Part shown: in pieces, positions 58,079 to 64,000 of the stretch
Position numbering within the stretch: position 1 is the first letter of the stretch
How the letters are laid out: every line of letters begins with the position of its first letter
Origin: Octopus vulgaris
Taxonomy: Eukaryota
DNA length: 64,000 nt
Assembly: GCA_951406725.2 (NCBI GenBank)
Contig: OX597819.1
Coordinates: forward strand, 27,342,001 to 27,406,000
Direction of reading: 5' to 3'
Program-made: the position numbers and the translations under genes
The notes under the pieces: generated by a model
The model's input: only the letters and a program-made list of their open reading frames with translations
The model's database searches: none
What the model was told of the DNA's origin: nothing

Positions 58079-58420
58079 TAGGGGTTCTCAACCATTTTTT
58101 ATCTATGGATATGGATCCCTTTGATTACTATTTTATTCTGGTGACCCCCCCCCCCCCATCGTCATTTGATGATTAAAAACTAAAAATTCCTATTTTGTTT
58201 CACACACGTTAACTCATGTGAGTTGAACTATGTAAAATGTTAGAGAACAAAACCTAGCTGTTTCTTGCAATACATACCAATACATACATCTAAAGCAAAC
58301 ATTTTTCAGGGGCCCTTAAAATACTAGTGTGGATCCCTAATTTACTATTTTGTTGTATAGACCCCACAAAATGTTATATGGACCCTCATGGATCATATTG
58401 ACCCCGGTTGCGAACTACTG
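58079..58420. mobile_element. hAT-type MITE
   Basis: TIRs TAGGGGTTCTCAACC / GGTTGCGAACTACTG; internal GGACCC repeats. Confidence 0.7.
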
Positions 58421-58616
58421 ATCAAGTAAGATGCCTAAATAATGGCTAAGGGTCTCGCATCCCCGTTGACTCGATAGAGCTCATCAGTACTTTGAAAGGT
58501 TCTGTTTTTCACTCTGCACAATGTCCAACGAAAACCAACTTCCTTATCAAGCATACTTCGTAGGGTTACCGTTTCATCGCAGATGGCTCGACCATGCGAG
58601 AGGTTGTACTCGTTAC

Positions 58617-58848
58617 CTATTTCTTTACTACCCACAAGGGGCTAAACACAGAGGGGACAAACAAGGACAGACACATTGATTAAGTCGATTACATCGAATC
58701 CAGTGCGTAACTGGTACTTAATTTATCGACCCCGAAAGGATGAAAAGCAAAGTCGACCTCGGCGGAATTTGAACTCAGAACGTAGCGGCAGACGAAATAC
58801 GGCTACGCATTTCGCCAGGCCTGCTAACGATTCTGCCAGCTCGCCGCC
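58617..58848 (-). mobile_element. SINE B (type 1 tail)
   Basis: Reverse complement of family B, full length. Confidence 0.9.
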
Positions 58849-59006
58849 AACAGTACTCAGAGTAACCTGACATATATAGTTACATGCATACATGAGAGAA
58901 AGAGTAAGTTCTCTTGAACCTATATATAATTGATACATCACATTCCCCATAAAAAGATTCAACTTCGATGTTAAGACAGAACAATGGTACAAAACGTTTC
59001 GTTAAT

Positions 59007-59410
59007 GGCGCAGGCGTGGCTGTGTGGTAAGAAGTTTGCTTCCCAACCACGTGGTTCCGGGATCATTCCCACTGCTTGGTACCTAGGGCAAGTGTCTTCT
59101 ACCACAGGTTTGATCCAACCAAAGCCTTGTGAGTGGATTTGGTAGACGGAAACTAAAAGAAGACCGCCGTATATATATGTGTGTGTGTTTGTGTGTCTTT
59201 GTGTGTTTGTTTGTTCCCACCACCAGCATCACTTACCAACCGCTGTTGGTGTGTTTACGTCTCCGTTATCTAGCGGTTCGGCAAAGGGGACCGGTAGAAT
59301 AAGTACCAGGCTTTGAAAGAAAAGAAATACTGGAGCCGATTAACTCAACTGAAATTCCTCAAGGTGGTGCCCCAGCATGGCCGCACTCTAATGACTGAAA
59401 CAAGTAAAGG
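59007..59410 (+). mobile_element. SINE family A
   Basis: GGCGCAGGCGTGGCTGTGTGGTAAG to GACTGAAACAAGTAAA. Confidence 0.88.
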
Positions 59411-59490
59411 ATCTAAGATTTTTAAAAAGTGGGGCGGAAAGTGATAGGGGTACCCTCAATTTTCTCCAAACTACAACACCAGTGAAAGAA

Positions 59491-59720
59491 AATACCTGCC
59501 GACTATGTCATACCAGTGTGGATGATATGACACATATCATTAGCAGCTGCCGAAAAATGATACCACCTTTTGATAAGATATGAAATTGCCGCCAAATGCT
59601 GTCCACAGGAAGGATTTTTATACCAGTCAAAAAGTACACCATCTCGGGATTGACACCATCATCTGATGCAATTACATTCTTCCATGAAATAGGGAATTAA
59701 AGCTACTTGTGGAATGTAAA
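59491..59720 (+). pseudogene. RLE non-LTR fragment: CCHC zinc knuckle
   Basis: NTCRLCHTSVDDMTHIISSCRKM (CX2CX8HX4C), then IRYEIAAK and YLWNV, homologous to the 44.3-kb relic. Confidence 0.7.
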
Positions 59721-59729
59721 CGACTCGTC

Positions 59730-60260
59730 GAAATTTGTGGCTAGAATTCTGGTTTAAACATTCCATGTAACCTCTCAGGACTTTTATATTGTTTGGTATT
59801 TTCAGAAAATTTTTGTGAATTTGTGTTCTACACACTGAAGTCATACAATTATTTGTTTTTTAATCACCCCCCCCCCTAAACCTTAAAGTTTCTTTTTTTT
59901 TCGAATCTTTTCTTTTTATCAGAGTTTAAAATACGACAGTCTGATTTTTTTTCTTAAATGAACCACTCTTGGGTGCGTTATTATTCCATTAAATGTGTTT
60001 ATAGAGAGAAAAATATTGAAAAACATCAATATATGTCAGAGAGGCAAAGAAACGAGGACAGCATCAGGTGGTCGTAGCATGTGCTAAAAACAGTATCTAA
60101 ATTTCCCTTAAATCACATACACAAAAACTTATTTTTTTCCTCTTTTTGTATGTATTGTCGTGTGTAGAACACAAATTCGACTAAATTTTCTGAAAATACC
60201 AAAAAAAATGTTCAAGTTGAGAGGTTATACAGGGTGTTTAAACCAGAATTCCGCCAATTT
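59730..60260. repeat. Inverted repeat, arms about 105 bp, spacer about 320 bp
   Basis: GAATTCTGGTTTAAACA..GGTATTTTCAGAAAATTT..TTGTGTTCTACACAC and its reverse complement at 60160-60260. Confidence 0.75.
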
Positions 60261-60299
60261 ATCAAAAGCAGAGATCATGCATTTTTATTTTTAATTTTC

Positions 60300-60439
60300 C
60301 ATTATCGGTATCGGCCAGAGGCTGAGGCTCGGCCAATGCTGAGGCACCGCCATTGAAAATCTGCAGCAGGCATTTCCGCAATAATCGAACCCAAAACCTC
60401 TTCGTAAGCAGGAGCAGGCGTTAACGGCTGTACCATGGA
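60300..60439 (-). mobile_element. Degraded tRNA-headed SINE-like fragment
   Basis: Minus: TGGTACAGCCGTTAACGC..GGGTTCGATT. Confidence 0.35.
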
Positions 60440-60908
60440 GTTTTATTAGCACCTATTATCATAGATATACTAGGCAATGCAACAATAACAACAAATTTGC
60501 AGGGAACTTTTAAGAAAGTATAAATCAAACACACACACACACACACACCAAATCTATTTGATTGGATGTAACCGAATGATAGAGTGAAGATTTGTAAAAT
60601 ATTCCAGTTTCTTCATTTCAGTTCCCCAGGATGAACGAATGCGCAAAATTACCTGTGTGCAACTGGTATTCACACACATGGATACAAACATCAAGCGCAC
60701 ATATCCATTATACCCATATATACACCTAGGCTCGTCTCATCCAACGTTAATTGTATCCATATGGCCGCGTATTGTGATGAACTAAATCAACCAGCATTAT
60801 TATGGATTACCGAGCCCCTAGAAACAGCTGTTGGACTTATAATCCCTTTCTTCCACCGCTTTTGATTTCCTCTGTCGTTTCTACTCTGTGTAAGTTGGAT
60901 TTATTAAT

Positions 60909-61190
60909 CCTCGTGATCACCGTGACTGACCAAGCTATCAGATGTTGCTGCACATTGCTGGTCACAATGCGCTTCGCATTGTTTTTGCCTTCAAGTGACG
61001 CCACCCCGCGAGCAACAAAAGAAAGAGTGAGAGAAAGTTGTAGCGAAAGAGTACAGCAGGGATCGCCACCACCCTCTGCCGTAGCCTCGTGGAGTTTTAG
61101 GTGTTTCGCTCAATAAACACTCACAACGCCCGGTCTGGGAATCGAAACCGCGTGTCTGCTGCCCTAACCACTGGGCCATTGCGCCTCCAC
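60909..61190 (-). mobile_element. SINE family C (tail type 2)
   Basis: Same head and body as 13438-13620. TSD GGATYTATTAAT at 60897-60908 and 61191-61202. Confidence 0.85.
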
Positions 61191-61226
61191 GGATCTATTA
61201 ATATAAATATCTATATATTCATAAGA

Positions 61227-61456
61227 GGCGGCGAGCTGGCAGAAACGTTAGCGTGTCGGGTGAAATGCTTACCGGTATTTCGTCTGTCGTTACGTTCTAA
61301 GTTCAAATTCCGCTGAGGTCGACTTTGCCTTTCATCCTTTCGGGGTCGATAAATAAAGACCAGTTTCGCACTGGGGTCGATGTAATCGACTTAATCCCTT
61401 TGTCTGTCCTTGTTTGTCCCCTCTATGTTTAGCCCCTTGTGGGCAGGAAAGAAATA
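61227..61456 (+). mobile_element. SINE B (type 1 tail)
   Basis: Full head to AGCCCCTTGTGGGCAGGAAAGAAATA; TATATATTCAT on both sides. Confidence 0.9.
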
Positions 61457-62764
61457 TATATATTCATTCTAAAAAGAATTCATAATTTAAAAGTCTCCAC
61501 CTTTTGCTTTCTCTTGTTTTGGTACTGTTTTTTTTTTTGTCGTTCCTTTTATTGTGATTATCTACACCCACCCATGTCAGCATAGATTAAGCCTACACAG
61601 TGATCAAAGGTTTTCCAACGGTGACCATTTCACTAATCATACACACATAACTTTGTCGTAGGGCAACATTATCGAATGGTGTCTGTCCTTCTAAAGTCGA
61701 TATGAGGCTTGTCGCGGGGATCATACCTGCTTGCTATTGTTGTTGTTGTTGTTGTTTTTGGTGCTGCAGTTGCTGCTCCTGCTGGTGTTATTCAATCCCA
61801 AGCAACCCAACCCTGATATCGCAATGCTATGTCGAAATAAAAAGCATTCAATTCGTGACTATGCGTCATATTCCTAGAATCATTTTTTGCGAAGTGTCTT
61901 CCCTTAATTTCTACGATGGCAGGATGTGATATGATATAAAGTTGACAGTTATTTCTAGCAGGTTGAGCGTTCTCATAGAAGTTCCTTAATTGGCGCTGCT
62001 ATATAAGATTTTCCCCGGGCGAAAGAAGACTTTCTAGTTTTTGGGGAGTTTTTTTTTTTCTCATTTTTAGACTATCGAGAAATTTTGTTGTTCTTTTTTT
62101 ACTTCATGTTTTTTTTTTCCATTCTTCCGTTATTTTTTCATTTACTTATTTATATTTCACAATTTCATTATATATTTCTTTTTTATTTTTTCATTTTTAT
62201 ATTTTTACCTCATTTTATTTTATTTTATTTTATTTTATTTTATTTTAAGATTTCGACAGTTTTATTGAGCAGGATATGAGAACACCTAGAAGTTCCGTTG
62301 TAGGCACGAAATCAGCCATGATGAAATTAAGTCTGCAGATATGACCATTCCGGTATAGTAAGAAGAAATCTGAAATAATTGGAGAGGAACAGAGGCAAGA
62401 AATTTTTCCACCCATCTACCTTACTGCCTTTCTTCACTGCATCTTCCTTCTTTCTTTTTTTTTTTAGTCCTCATCAGTTTCCCTCTTTTTTCTTCCCTTC
62501 GCCTACTTTCACTTTCTACGCTCTCTCGCACCTCTTCCAAATTCTCCTGTTTTTCTATGTCACCTCCTTCTCCCCCTCTTCTGCTCTTCAGTTTCTTTTT
62601 TCTTCACCCCCCTCGCAAGATCTGCATGCAGTCGTGTCGACATTTGATTACGTGTTCAAGTGTGCATTTTCGCTAGTATACATATGTTTGTTTGTTTGTA
62701 TTTATATATATCAGCTCATTTTACAGATTTGTATATATACATATATATGTATGTGTATATATGC

Positions 62765-62887
<123 letters not shown>

Positions 62888-63035
62888 GTGTGCGTAATTA
62901 TGTGAAATAATTTGTTTGCCCAAGTGTATATATGTGTTTATATTCTTTTATTCTTTTATTAGTTTCAGTCATGCGGTTGCGGTTGCGGTCACGGTGGAGC
63001 ACCACTGTGAGGCTGAATATGTGTGTGTGTGTATG

Positions 63036-63091
<56 letters not shown>

Positions 63092-63092
63092 G

Positions 63093-63179
63093 TACAAAAT
63101 GAGATAGGGGTTATGAGTGTAACCCACTCATATTAATTGGTATTATCTGTAAGGAATCTATTCCTCCATTTTCTTATTT

Positions 63180-63185
<6 letters not shown>
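63093..63185. mobile_element. Tiny inverted-terminus element in (TA)n
   Basis: TACAAAATGAGA..TCTTATTTTGTA. An internally deleted relative lies at 21866-21912. Confidence 0.55.
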
Positions 63186-63235
<50 letters not shown>

Positions 63236-63450
63236 GTGTATGTACACATATATATATATATGTTTATATATATATATGTATATATATAAACATATATACC
63301 AGCAAGAAACAATAATGAATTTCTTTACTACACTCAACTTGAAATTTATAACTATTATACCTACTACCGACAAAACACCACCACATGGATTCTATTGAGA
63401 CCAGTAAGAGAAAATTATGAACTTCTCTATTACACTTTACTTTTTAAAAT

Positions 63451-63495
63451 ATTTTTGATAAGGTTCGTTTTTTCAAGAACCGAAACAAGTAAAAT
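63451..63495 (+). ncRNA. Minimal type-I hammerhead ribozyme (U3:A8 variant)
   Basis: ATTT-TTGATAA-GGTTC-GTTTTTTCAA-GAACC-GAAA-CAAG-TA-AAAT, within a Penelope-LTR-like block (63300-63555) between TA runs. Confidence 0.65.
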
Positions 63496-63605
63496 TCATA
63501 AGAAAATTAAAATTGATATAATATAGTGGCGTTTTCAAACTTCTTTTTTTACAAATATATATATTTATATATATATATATATACATGAATAGACAGACAG
63601 ACTGG

Positions 63606-63686
<81 letters not shown>

Positions 63687-63687
63687 C

Positions 63688-63740
<53 letters not shown>

Positions 63741-64000
63741 ACAGACAGACATGAATATATACAATTATACATACACACATACATGTAAGCTTAAACATGT
63801 ATAAATATGTGTGTGTGTGTATATATATATATATGTGTGTGTGTATGTATATGTATTCGTTTATATGTTTGTATAAGATTGTGTATAAAATTCATATATA
63901 TATACGTGTGTGTGTGCGTGTGTATTTAAAGGCACTGTGTGTGTGCTTGTGTGTGTGTTAGTGTGTGTGTGTGTGTAGACACACGCATAAAACACGTCCG

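Noticed and set aside
58460-58495. CTGATGA-GCTC-TATC-GAGT on the minus strand
   Set aside because: GAAA, stem III and stem I are missing.

Overview
AT-rich, extremely microsatellite-dense animal DNA with no intact host protein-coding gene. Almost every ORF in the supplied track is a translation of (TA)n, (TG)n, (GATA)n, (TACA)n, (ATT)n, (CAC)n or (GAT)n. The mix of repeats strongly suggests an octopus intron or intergenic region (inference from repeat content, not a database match). The non-simple sequence is almost all transposable elements: several tRNA-derived SINE families (my labels A-G), truncated or degraded LINEs (L1/Tx1, two CR1-type, R4/Dong-like RLE, RTE), mariner and hAT transposase relics, hAT MITEs, a non-autonomous Helitron, and many foldback fragments resembling Penelope LTRs, mostly in (TA)n. 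Main signals: (1) several minimal type-I hammerhead ribozyme folds in the Penelope-like pieces, two or three with a compensatory U3:A8 core pair; (2) SINE/LINE pairs sharing 3' tails (SINE B with Tx1; SINE A with CR1, by a conserved stem-loop) and SINEs with swapped tails; (3) apparent partitioning of retroelements among microsatellite targets, (GATA)n, (AAT)n and (TA)n; (4) a tRNA cloverleaf inside an inverted-repeat element. One weak candidate host exon lies at about 20.9 kb on the minus strand. Boundaries were read by eye and may be off by a few to tens of bases.
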